Assembly: GCA_964628685.1 (NCBI GenBank) | Contig: CAZVNM010000005.1 | Location: 136,141-200,140 of the forward strand | Reading direction: 5' to 3' | Length of the DNA: 64,000 bases | DNA from: an uncultured Bifidobacteriaceae bacterium | Lineage (GTDB): Bacteria; Actinomycetota; Thermoleophilia; Miltoncostaeales; Miltoncostaeaceae | Shown here: positions 25,906-34,596 of the stretch, piece after piece | Position numbering within the stretch: position 1 is the first letter of the stretch | Layout: each line of letters starts with the position of its first letter | Made by a program: the position numbers and the translations under genes | Notes under the pieces: generated by a model | The model's input: the letters and a program-made list of their open reading frames with translations, nothing else | Database searches by the model: none | Told to the model about the DNA's origin: nothing

Positions 25906-27693
25906 CTACTCGGCCCGCGCCTCCTCGATCATGCGGGCGAGCTCACCGAAGCCCTCGTCCCACACGCCCGGATCGGCGAGATCCAGGCCCAGCGCCGCCA
26001 GGAGCTCGGCCGGCGGAGCGCTGTCGCCCGCCGCCAGGAAGTCCAGGTACGGCTCCACGAACGCGTCGCCGTCGCGCCGGTACCGACCCACGAGGGCCAG
26101 CGACACGAGCAGCGCGAACGCGTAGGAGTAGGTGTAGAAGCGCGTGTGGATGAAGTGGGGGATGTAGGACCACCCCATCCGGTAGTCCTCCGGCAGCTCC
26201 AGCGCGTCGCCGTAGTAGGCCAGGTTGGCCGAGAACCACGCGTCGCCCAGCCGGTCCGGGGTGAGGGTCGTCCCCTCGGCGCGGTGGGCGTAGCAGCGCT
26301 GCTCGTACCGGGCGAGCACGACCTGGCGGAAGATCGTGGCGAATGCGCCCTCCACCCGCTCGCACGCCAGCATGCGCCGGGTCGCGGGGTCGGACTCGGC
26401 GGCCAGCAGGTGCTCGTAGGTGATCTGCTCGGCGAACGTCGACGGGATCTCGCACATCGCGATGCCGGGGCTCGCCGAGAGCGGCGTCTGACGCTCGAAC
26501 GAGAACTGGAAGTGCATGCCGTGCCCGAACTCGTGGGCGATCGTCAGCACGTCGTTCATGCGGTCGGTGTGGTTGAGCAGCACGAACGGCCGCACGCGGT
26601 CGCTGATGGGGCTGCAGAAGGCACCGCCGCGCTTGCCGTTGCGGGGCTCGGCGTCGACCCGCCGCTCGTCGATGAACGACGTGGCGACCTCGGCAACCCG
26701 CGGTGAGAACGACGAGAACGCCGACACCACCAGGCCCATGGCCTCGTCGAATCGCACGGTGCGGCCCTCGCCGATGGGGGCGTACTGGTCGGCGAGCGTC
26801 AGACGGTCGAGCCCCAGGAGGCCGGCCTTGGCGCGGAACCAGGTCTGGGCGAGCCCGTAGTTGCGGTCGACGGCGTCCATCATCCCGTCCACGACGTCGC
26901 GACCCAGCTCGTTCTTGAGGTGGGCGCTGTCCATCGGCCCCTCGTACGAACGCAGCCGGTCCATCGCCAGACGATCGGCGACCAGGGTGTCGTAGCAGTG
27001 CGCGAGGGTGGGGGTGTGCGGTCGCAGCATCCCGTAGAGCGTCGTGAGCGTACGCTGACGCAGTTCGCGGTCGGGCTCGCGGACGTACGAGAGCAGCCGG
27101 TCGATGCCGTGCGGCTCGGGCCCCTCTCCGGCGTCGAACTCGGTCTCGAGCGTGGAGGTGATCTGCCCGAAGAGCATGTGCCAGGCGCTCGCGGCCGCCG
27201 GGGCGCGCTCGGCGAGCATGCGCTCCTCCGGCTCGCTCAGGGTGTGCGGGCCGAAGCGGCGAAGCGACTGCAGGTAGTGGCGGTCGGCGGCGACCTCGGG
27301 CGCGTCGGCGAGCGCCGTGGCGGCCGCATCGTCGAGCGCGATCCACTCCAGGTCGAAGAACCGCAGGGCGTTGCCGACCTCCACGTACGCGCGGTCCATG
27401 AGCGCCGCCAGGTCGCGGGTCTCGGAGTCGGTGATGTCGACGCTCTCGCGCAGATGCCCGTACGAACCCACGCGCGACAGGTCGCGATGCAGGTCGGCGA
27501 GCTCGGCCAGGAGGGTCGCAAGCGTCGGCGCGTCGATCGCCGCGATGGTGCCGCGATACCGGGTCTCGAAGGCGCGGCAGCGCTCGAGCACCTCGGCCAC
27601 CTCGGCGCGGGCGGTGTCGGCGTCGGCCGTCAGGCGGGTGAGATCCCAGCGGACCCCGGCGGCGTTCGGTTGGGAGGTGAGGGACGTCGTCAT
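25906..27693 (-). CDS. pepF: Oligoendopeptidase F (M3B metallopeptidase)
   Basis: Zinc motif IAHEFGHGMH with downstream E, ~595 aa. Confidence 0.9.
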   Translation of the reverse strand: MTTSLTSQPNAAGVRWDLTRLTADADTARAEVAEVLERCRAFETRYRGTIAAIDAPTLATLLAELADLHRDLSRVGSYGHLRESVDITDSETRDLAALMDRAYVEVGNALRFFDLEWIALDDAAATALADAPEVAADRHYLQSLRRFGPHTLSEPEERMLAERAPAAASAWHMLFGQITSTLETEFDAGEGPEPHGIDRLLSYVREPDRELRQRTLTTLYGMLRPHTPTLAHCYDTLVADRLAMDRLRSYEGPMDSAHLKNELGRDVVDGMMDAVDRNYGLAQTWFRAKAGLLGLDRLTLADQYAPIGEGRTVRFDEAMGLVVSAFSSFSPRVAEVATSFIDERRVDAEPRNGKRGGAFCSPISDRVRPFVLLNHTDRMNDVLTIAHEFGHGMHFQFSFERQTPLSASPGIAMCEIPSTFAEQITYEHLLAAESDPATRRMLACERVEGAFATIFRQVVLARYEQRCYAHRAEGTTLTPDRLGDAWFSANLAYYGDALELPEDYRMGWSYIPHFIHTRFYTYSYAFALLVSLALVGRYRRDGDAFVEPYLDFLAAGDSAPPAELLAALGLDLADPGVWDEGFGELARMIEEARAE

Positions 27694-27722
27694 GGGTGTG
27701 AACGGTAGCGCCTTTGCACCCG

Positions 27723-28571
27723 TCAGCCCTCCATCGCCGCGCGCAGCCGCTCCGGCGTGTCGGCCGGGACCCCCGGCACGCCGGTGTCGCCCATGGCGAA
27801 CGGACCGTCCGGCCGGTGGAAGTCCGATCCGCCGCAGGGGATGAGACGAAGGCGCCGGGCGATGGTCCCGTAGGCGTCACGCTGCTCCGGCAGGTGCTCG
27901 GGGCGGTGGACCTCGATGCCGACGAGACCGTGTGCGGCAAGGCGCTGCACGAACGACGAGAGGTGGCGCGGCGGCAGGCGGAGCGTGGCCGGATGGGCCA
28001 GCACCGGCGCCCCACCGGCGTCGCGCACCAGGCGCACCGCCTCCACCGCGTCGAGCCCCTCCTGGCGGATGTGGGCCGGCCGGCCGTCCGCCAGCCATGT
28101 GTCGAAGGCCTCCTGGTGCGAGGCCACGTGCCCGCACGCCACCAGCGCCGCCGCGACATGCGGTCGTCCGAACCGACCGGCCGCCTGACGCTCCACCGCC
28201 TCCCAGGGCAGGTCCACGCCAAGCTCCTGCAGGCGACGGACGATCCGATGCGCCCGGTCGCGCCGGCTCTCGCCCAGCTCGTCGAGGCGTGCGACGAGCT
28301 CCGGCGCCGGGGTGTCGGGGAGATACGCCAGCAGGTGCATCGATCCGTGCGGCACGCCGACGGTCAGCTCGATGCCCGGCAGGAACGCGATGCCACGGGC
28401 GTCGGCGGCACGTCGCGCCTCGTCCAGACCCCCGACGGTGTCGAGGTCGGTGAGGGCCAGGTGGGTCGCACCGGCCGCCGCGGCGTGGGCCACGAGGTCG
28501 GTGGGGGTGAGGACCCCGTCGGACGCGGTGCTGTGGGCGTGGAGTTCGATCATGTGACGGTCGTGCGACAC
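27723..28571 (-). CDS. PHP-domain phosphoesterase (TrpH/YciV family)
   Basis: IELHAHSTASDG, HLALTDLDT, final GGSDFH motif. Confidence 0.8.
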   Translation of the reverse strand: MSHDRHMIELHAHSTASDGVLTPTDLVAHAAAAGATHLALTDLDTVGGLDEARRAADARGIAFLPGIELTVGVPHGSMHLLAYLPDTPAPELVARLDELGESRRDRAHRIVRRLQELGVDLPWEAVERQAAGRFGRPHVAAALVACGHVASHQEAFDTWLADGRPAHIRQEGLDAVEAVRLVRDAGGAPVLAHPATLRLPPRHLSSFVQRLAAHGLVGIEVHRPEHLPEQRDAYGTIARRLRLIPCGGSDFHRPDGPFAMGDTGVPGVPADTPERLRAAMEG

Positions 28572-28622
28572 CGACCCCTGCGGTCGGCCAGTGGGACCCC
28601 ACGACGATAACCTTCGCCCACG

Positions 28623-28982
28623 ATGGCACGAATGCGTCGCACCGAGGAGACCAGCCGCGTGTACTCGACGGCCGAAGGGCGCGTGCCCGTCGAGCGCGAG
28701 ACGACGTCACGCGCCCGTCCGGCCAAGCGGGCCGCGCCCGAGGTGCCGCGTGACGGCGTCGTGCGCGTGTCGCGGACCAAGGCGGGACGGGGCGGCAAGA
28801 CGGTCACGCTGGTGCAGGGGATCCCCGCCGCCGACGTGGACGCCGTCGGTGCGCGGCTCAAGAAGCTCTGCGGATCGGGTGGCACCGTCCGCGACGGCGT
28901 GGTCGAGATCCAGGGCGACCACCGCGAGCGCATCGTCGCCCACCTGTCCGCCCAGTACACCACCAAGCTCGCCGGCGGATGA
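28623..28982 (+). CDS. Translation initiation factor SUI1/YciH family
   Basis: GKTVTLVQGIP...LKKLCGSGGTVRDGVVEIQGDHRERI. Confidence 0.85.
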   Translation: MARMRRTEETSRVYSTAEGRVPVERETTSRARPAKRAAPEVPRDGVVRVSRTKAGRGGKTVTLVQGIPAADVDAVGARLKKLCGSGGTVRDGVVEIQGDHRERIVAHLSAQYTTKLAGG

Positions 28983-29001
28983 GGCCGGCCCTGAGGCCAC
29001 C

Positions 29002-29736
29002 GTGCACGACCTGACCGCACCGCAGATGATCGTCAACTCGCGGATGCTCGCCTTCGGCTGGGTGCCGGACGAGCCCGCCCGCGTCCTGTCGCTCATCCCG
29101 GAGGGTCTGCGCTCCCTGCCGGACCGCCGGGTGTTCGCCATGCAGTACGTCGTCGACAGCGCCGTGCAGACGTCCGGTCTGGGCGCCCACTCGGCGACCA
29201 TCATCGGCGTCGAGCTCGACCGCATGAGCCCGGACCGTCTCTCGCCGCTTCGCCTGTGGACCCACGCCATCGCCTCGACCGCGACGGTGCGCGAGCAGCT
29301 GGCGGGTCTGGGTCTCGTGGTGGATGCCGGTCTCACCACGATCGCGCTGCGAAACGACAGCGTGGTCGCGTCGACGATGGTGGACGGCGCGACCGAGCCG
29401 GTCCTGCGCGCCACCTGCAAGATCGGTCTGCCGACGCGCTTCGAGGGCGGCCAGCAGGGGCATGTCGTGCGGGTGGACGGCGCCGTGGTGGAGGGGGTCC
29501 ACCCCTGGATCGCCACCCTGTCGGAGCGCTGGGAGCTGCAGAGCATCGAGTTCCTCGACCCGTCCCATCCGATCGCGCCGCTCCAGCCCGGGCGCACCCC
29601 GCGTCCCACCTGGGGCCAGTACTCGCCCAACACGTCGTTCTGCCTTCCCGGACAGGGTGCCGGCCCCGCGGCGACCGACGCACCGGCGCGCCAGACCGCG
29701 GCGCTGGGCGGCGGCTGGCGCGGCTCGCCCTACTGA
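29002..29736 (+). CDS. Hypothetical protein (possibly acetoacetate decarboxylase-like fold; weak)
   Basis: C-terminal part of track ORF 28591..29736. In-frame GTG at 29002 lies just after the SUI1 stop. Composition looks coding. No firm motif. Confidence 0.45.
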   Translation: MHDLTAPQMIVNSRMLAFGWVPDEPARVLSLIPEGLRSLPDRRVFAMQYVVDSAVQTSGLGAHSATIIGVELDRMSPDRLSPLRLWTHAIASTATVREQLAGLGLVVDAGLTTIALRNDSVVASTMVDGATEPVLRATCKIGLPTRFEGGQQGHVVRVDGAVVEGVHPWIATLSERWELQSIEFLDPSHPIAPLQPGRTPRPTWGQYSPNTSFCLPGQGAGPAATDAPARQTAALGGGWRGSPY

Positions 29737-29920
29737 CGCTCGGCCCTCACGGGCGGCCACCGGGCCGTCGACCGCGTCGTTTTTCGCTCGTGGCGCCCGA
29801 AACATAGGCCCAGAACAGACGGAAATCCGACAATCGTCGCGATCGCGCCCCACAGCGGGGTCGTCCGGGCGTAGGATCATCGCTTCTTTCATCGACACAA
29901 ACGTTGCAAGGGAGTGATGA

Positions 29921-32005
29921 ATGGGGTCGACACGCTTCACGCGTTGGACTGTCGCCGTCGCCGCGGTCTCCGCGCTCTCGCTCGGCCTCGCGGCCTGCGG
30001 GGGAGACGACGAGGCGAGTACCGAGGGGCTTCCCACGACCAGCTGGGAGCACAACGGCGGCTCGTACTCGAACGAGCGCTACTCACCGCTCAAGGAGGTC
30101 GACGTCTCCAACGTCGCCAACCTGAAGGGCGTGTGGCACACCCGCCTGAAGGGCTCCGGTACGGCGGCCAAGTACTCGGGTGAGGCGCAGCCGATCGTGA
30201 AGGACGGCGTGATGTACGTCATCACCGGCGCCGACGACGTCTTCGCCATGGACACGAAGACCGGCGAGATCAAGTGGGAGTACCGCGCCAACCTCGACCA
30301 GACCATCGACACCGTCTGCTGCGGCTGGACCAGCCGCGGCGTGGCGATCGGCGACGGCCGGGTCTACGTCGGTCAGCTGGACGGCAAGCTCGTCGCCCTC
30401 GACATCACCAACGGCACGAAGGTCTGGGAGACGCAGGTCGCCAAGTGGCAGGAGGGCTACACGATCACGAGCGCGCCGCTCTTCTACGACGGCACCGTCG
30501 TGACCGGCCTCTCGGGCGCCGACCTGGGTGCCCGCGGCCGCGTGACCGCCTTCGACGCCGCCACCGGCAAGGAGAAGTGGCGTTTCAACACCACCCCGGG
30601 CCCCGGCGAGTTCGGCAACGACACCTGGGCGGGCGACTCGTGGAAGCGCGGCGGCGCCACCGTGTGGCAGACCCCGGCCTACGACGCCAAGCTGGGCATG
30701 CTCTTCTTCTCGACCGGCAACGCCGGCCCCGACCTGGACGGCAGCGTCCGCGCGGGCGACAACCTCTTCTCGGTCTCGATGGTCGCCATCGACGCGAAGA
30801 CCGGCGAGTACAAGTGGCACTTCCAGCAGGTGCACCACGACATCTGGGACTACGACTCGCCGAGCCCGGTGATCCTCTACGACTACGAGCACGACGGCAA
30901 GACGATCCACGCGATCGCCGAGGCCTCAAAGACCGGCTGGCTCTACATGCTCGACCGCGAGACCGGCAAGCCGATCCACCCGATCGAGGAGAAGCCCGTC
31001 AAGCAGCTGGAGGTCCAGAAGACCGCCAAGACCCAGCCGATCCCGTCCTACCCGCCGTTCATCTCGCACAAGATCACGGACGAGGACTTCAAGACCATCC
31101 AGGATCTGGTGAAGAAGAACGCCAAGGGCGGACCGGTTCCCAAGGTGACGCGCGCCACCGAGATGTACGAGCCGTTTTCGAAGGACGTGCACGTGGTGAC
31201 CCCCGGCCCGGCCGGCGGCGTCAACTGGCCGCCGTCCAGCTACAACCGCGACACCAAGATGGTCTACGTCTGCGCGTCCGACAGCGTCGTGGGCCTCCAG
31301 TTCGCCGAGCCGTCCGAGTACAAGCCCGGCGAGTTCTACGTGGGAAGCGCGTTCACCCTCCCGGGCTACGGCGCCTCCAAGGGCGTGCTGGCGGCGGTGG
31401 ACGTGACCGACGGGTCGATCGCGTGGAAGAAGGAGTGGCCGGACCCCTGCTACAGCGGCACGGTCACCACCGCGGGCAACCTCGTGTTCGTGGGTCGCAA
31501 CAACGGTGAGCTCCAGGCCTTCGACGCCACCAACGGCGACCAGAAGTGGGCGTTCCAGACGGGTGCCGGCGCCAACAGCACCGCCACCGTCTACGAGGAG
31601 GACGGCAAGCAGCGCATCGCGTTCTACGCCGCCGGCAACTCCCTGGTGGCCTCGCCGCACGGCGACCATGTCTGGGTGTTCGGTCTGGACGGCACCCTCG
31701 AGCAGCTGCCCGCACCCGGATCGGGTGAGGGCACGACCCACGGTGGGCAGGGTGAGGCCGCGGAGGGCGACCCCGACGCCGGCAAGACCCTCTGGGCGGA
31801 CAACTGCTCCACCTGCCACGGGATGAACGGCACGGGCGCCAACGGCGGCCCGGACCTGACCAGCATCGCACGGACGAAGGACGCGGTGCAGGTCGCGAAG
31901 CAGGTGAACGACGGCGGGGTCGGCATGCCGGCCTTCGGCGGGCAGCTCTCCGAGAAGGAGATCGCCGACGTCTCGGCATACGTGGCCAAGGTCATCAACA
32001 AGTAG
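29921..32005 (+). CDS. PQQ-dependent quinohemoprotein dehydrogenase (type II ADH-like, C-terminal cytochrome c) with lipoprotein signal
   Basis: Lipobox LGLAAC-GGDDE. Vicinal-Cys motif TVCCGWTSRG. Repeated W-motif propeller blades. C-terminal NCSTCHGMNG heme c site and GMPAFG. Confidence 0.85.
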   Translation: MGSTRFTRWTVAVAAVSALSLGLAACGGDDEASTEGLPTTSWEHNGGSYSNERYSPLKEVDVSNVANLKGVWHTRLKGSGTAAKYSGEAQPIVKDGVMYVITGADDVFAMDTKTGEIKWEYRANLDQTIDTVCCGWTSRGVAIGDGRVYVGQLDGKLVALDITNGTKVWETQVAKWQEGYTITSAPLFYDGTVVTGLSGADLGARGRVTAFDAATGKEKWRFNTTPGPGEFGNDTWAGDSWKRGGATVWQTPAYDAKLGMLFFSTGNAGPDLDGSVRAGDNLFSVSMVAIDAKTGEYKWHFQQVHHDIWDYDSPSPVILYDYEHDGKTIHAIAEASKTGWLYMLDRETGKPIHPIEEKPVKQLEVQKTAKTQPIPSYPPFISHKITDEDFKTIQDLVKKNAKGGPVPKVTRATEMYEPFSKDVHVVTPGPAGGVNWPPSSYNRDTKMVYVCASDSVVGLQFAEPSEYKPGEFYVGSAFTLPGYGASKGVLAAVDVTDGSIAWKKEWPDPCYSGTVTTAGNLVFVGRNNGELQAFDATNGDQKWAFQTGAGANSTATVYEEDGKQRIAFYAAGNSLVASPHGDHVWVFGLDGTLEQLPAPGSGEGTTHGGQGEAAEGDPDAGKTLWADNCSTCHGMNGTGANGGPDLTSIARTKDAVQVAKQVNDGGVGMPAFGGQLSEKEIADVSAYVAKVINK

Positions 32006-32013
32006 CGCCACCG

Positions 32014-32047
32014 CGGGGTGTCGGTGGCCGCCCGGCCGCCGACACCC
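32014..32047. terminator. GC-rich hairpin between convergent genes
   Basis: GGGGTGTCGGTGGC-cgcccg-GCCGCCGACACCCC (13/14 paired). Confidence 0.5.
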
Positions 32048-32052
32048 CGTCG

Positions 32053-33609
32053 TCACTCGTTGGTCAGCACCATCCGGTGGCCGAAGGCCCGCTCGAACAC
32101 GGCGGTCTCGGGGCTGGCCGACCACATGGCGATCGCGTGGTCGGTGTCGCCCCGCAGATGCAGGGTGACGGTCTCCGCGCCGCCCTCCACCGAGATGGAG
32201 CGCACCTGCTGACTGCGGTCGCGCTCGAGCTGCTCGGCGATGCGGATGCAGGCGATGAGCCGCAGCAGCCGTTCGTCGTCGTCGGGCTGCAGGATCGGCC
32301 GGAACTCGCTCCAGTCCGGCAGCGACTTGCGGTGGGTGCGCACCAGCAGGGCGATGAACACGAGCTCGCGCTGGTCGAACCCGGGAAGGCCGCTGTTGAT
32401 GACCAGATACCAGCCGTGCTTATGGTGGTCGTGGTAATCGACGATGACACCGATGTCATGCAGCATCGACGCCGCCCACAAAAGCTCGCGCTCGACCGGA
32501 TCGCCGGGGTGCAGGCCCAGCCGCGCGGTGCCGTCGAAGATCTCGCAGGCGAGGCGCGCCACATGGTCGGCGTGCACACGGTCGACGTGGTAGTTGTCGG
32601 CCATGTTGAGGATGGTCGTGCGACGCACGTCGGGGATGAGCGGCGGGTCCGCGGGCGCCAGACGGTGCTCGTTGAAGAGCCCCTCGCGAAGCCCCTGGCT
32701 GCAGACGTTGATCACGTCGGCCCCCAGCGTGTCCATGACGGTGGCGATGGTCACCGCACCGCCCAGGATGATGTCGGCGCGCTCGTTCTTGAGCCCGGGG
32801 ATGCGGCTTCGCTGCGACACCGGCCGGGAGGCCACGTCGTCGATGAGGGCGCCCAGGGCGTCGCGGGTGAGCCGGTAGGCGTGCACGACGTCCAGCGGGT
32901 AGCCCGAGCGCTTCTGCTCCATGGCCGCCAGGGTCCGGACCGCACCGCCGGTGCCGGCCAGGGGGAGGCCCAGGTCGGCGATCCACGGGTGGGTCGCCAG
33001 GACGTCGGCCACGTGCTTGCGCTGGGCCTTGATGTCGGACTTCTTGGAGCGGGTGCCCTGATGGAACGCCTCGGTCATGCGGACCGCGCCCAGCGGCGCG
33101 CTCATCGAACGCTCGAGCACCCGGCGGCTCACCCGCCCAACCTGGGCGCTGCCGCCGCCGACGTCGAGCACGAACCCGTCCTCGAACGCCATGCTGTTGA
33201 CGATCCCCAGGTAGCCGTAGTACGCCTCGTCCTCACCGGAGAGCACGCGCGCCTCGACGCCCGCCTGTCGGAACCGCTCGAGGACGTCCGCCTGGTTGGT
33301 GGCGTCGCGGATGGCGCTGGTGGCGCCCACGATCACCGCATCGACGCCCGTGCGCTCGCAGTACGCCGCGTACATGCGCACGGCGGCCACACCGCGGGCG
33401 ATGGCGTCCTCGTGCAGCACGCCATCCGACGCCCCGGCCGACAGGCGCACCGTCTCGCGGATCTCGTCGGCCATCGCGTAGACGCCGCCCGGCGTGTACC
33501 GGAACACCACGAGCCGAAAGGTGTTGGACCCCAGGTCGATGATGGCCGCCAGCCGTTGGCGCTGGCCGTCGGCGGAGGGCGCTACCCTTGTACGTGATGC
33601 CGTCGTCAC
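32053..33609 (-). CDS. ppx: Exopolyphosphatase / guanosine pentaphosphate phosphohydrolase (Ppx/GppA) with C-terminal HD domain
   Basis: LAAIIDLGSNTFRLVVF and LDVGGGSAQ ASKHA motifs. HD motif MLHDIG. GTG at 33609 is the last start before the N-terminal motif. The upstream part of the track ORF is Arg/Pro junk. Confidence 0.85.
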   Translation of the reverse strand: MTTASRTRVAPSADGQRQRLAAIIDLGSNTFRLVVFRYTPGGVYAMADEIRETVRLSAGASDGVLHEDAIARGVAAVRMYAAYCERTGVDAVIVGATSAIRDATNQADVLERFRQAGVEARVLSGEDEAYYGYLGIVNSMAFEDGFVLDVGGGSAQVGRVSRRVLERSMSAPLGAVRMTEAFHQGTRSKKSDIKAQRKHVADVLATHPWIADLGLPLAGTGGAVRTLAAMEQKRSGYPLDVVHAYRLTRDALGALIDDVASRPVSQRSRIPGLKNERADIILGGAVTIATVMDTLGADVINVCSQGLREGLFNEHRLAPADPPLIPDVRRTTILNMADNYHVDRVHADHVARLACEIFDGTARLGLHPGDPVERELLWAASMLHDIGVIVDYHDHHKHGWYLVINSGLPGFDQRELVFIALLVRTHRKSLPDWSEFRPILQPDDDERLLRLIACIRIAEQLERDRSQQVRSISVEGGAETVTLHLRGDTDHAIAMWSASPETAVFERAFGHRMVLTNE

Positions 33610-34307
33610 CGCTGAAGCCTCCCACGCTCGCCGAGGCCAGCGCCGCGCTCGCACCGGCGTCGCCGGTCGTGCTCGCCTGGCCGACGGTGTTCGACACCCC
33701 CGCGGCGGTCGAGCGTGCCTGGGTGGATTTCGTGGCCGCCCACGGGGCCGAGACGCGCACCGACCTGCGTCGGGCACTGGCGTTCGCGCGCGCCCGCCAC
33801 GCGGACCAGACGCGGCGCGGATCCGACACGCCGTACTGGGTCCATCTCGTGAGGGTCGCCCTCGAACTCGCCCGGTGGGGTCAGGCGACCCCGCTCTTGG
33901 TGAAGGCGGCCCTGTTGCACGACGTGGTCGAGGATACACCCACATCCCCGGCCGAGGTGGAGCGCGGTTTCGGCGAGGACGTGGCGGACATGGTGCGGTG
34001 GTTGACCTCACCTCCCAGCCACGACCGCGCCGGCTGTGACGCCTACTACCTGCGTCTGCTGGAGGATGGGCCGCCGGAGGCACGCGTCCTGAAGCTCGCC
34101 GACCGCAGCGACAACCTCCGAAGCATCCAGGCGCTCGTGATGCGCACCGAGGACCTGCACCGCCGCTGGGCGGCCCGCTACCTGCGAAGCACCGCCCGCG
34201 ACGTGATGCCCCTCACCGCCGATGCCCCGTCCATCGCCCGGGTCACGCTCGTGACGGCGATGGCGGATCTGGCGGCGACGGTGGACGCGGCCATTACCGA
34301 GCCGTAA
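33588..34307 (+). CDS. HD-domain hydrolase, SpoT/Mesh1-like small alarmone hydrolase candidate
   Basis: ARHADQTRRGSDTPYWVHLVRVA...LLHDVVEDT (HD_4-type motifs). The start is uncertain; it may be a downstream GTG. Confidence 0.65.
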   Translation: MYVMPSSPLKPPTLAEASAALAPASPVVLAWPTVFDTPAAVERAWVDFVAAHGAETRTDLRRALAFARARHADQTRRGSDTPYWVHLVRVALELARWGQATPLLVKAALLHDVVEDTPTSPAEVERGFGEDVADMVRWLTSPPSHDRAGCDAYYLRLLEDGPPEARVLKLADRSDNLRSIQALVMRTEDLHRRWAARYLRSTARDVMPLTADAPSIARVTLVTAMADLAATVDAAITEP

Positions 34308-34384
34308 CGCCCGCATCACCCGCGACCCCCATCGCGGTCTGAAATATGCCGGCCATACGAACCCGTCTCCTCAAGGAGCCCGTC

Positions 34385-34537
34385 ATGGTCCACGAATTGG
34401 AACCCCTTCTCGTCCAGTCGCTGCTCGACCGCCTGGACCCCCGCCTGGACGAGCCCTGCAACGTGCCGGGCTGCACGCACCTCGGTCATGCGGATGGCCG
34501 GACGTCGTGGTCGCTCGAGCAGCCGGTGGCCGCGTGA
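34385..34537 (+). CDS. Possible 50-aa Cys/His small protein
   Basis: AAGGAG SD 7 nt before the ATG at 34385. MVHELEPLLVQSLLDRLDPRLDEPCNVPGCTHLGH. No family recognised. Confidence 0.3.
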   Translation: MVHELEPLLVQSLLDRLDPRLDEPCNVPGCTHLGHADGRTSWSLEQPVAA

Positions 34538-34596
34538 TGTGCCCGAGCGGCGGTCCAGTCCGCGCCGTCTCACGGGCCGGCCCGGTCCCCCGATGA

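Noticed and set aside
25943-28222. 759-aa minus-strand ORF; similar long ORFs at 13470..15239(-), 35780..37636(-), 43033..44331(+), 41608..43032(+) and 60653..62287(-)
   Set aside because: These are out-of-frame or antisense readings of pepF/PHP, HK/trpF, ABC-F, the M23 hydrolase, the M42 peptidase and the RHS gene respectively. All are Arg/Pro/Gly-rich with no motifs.
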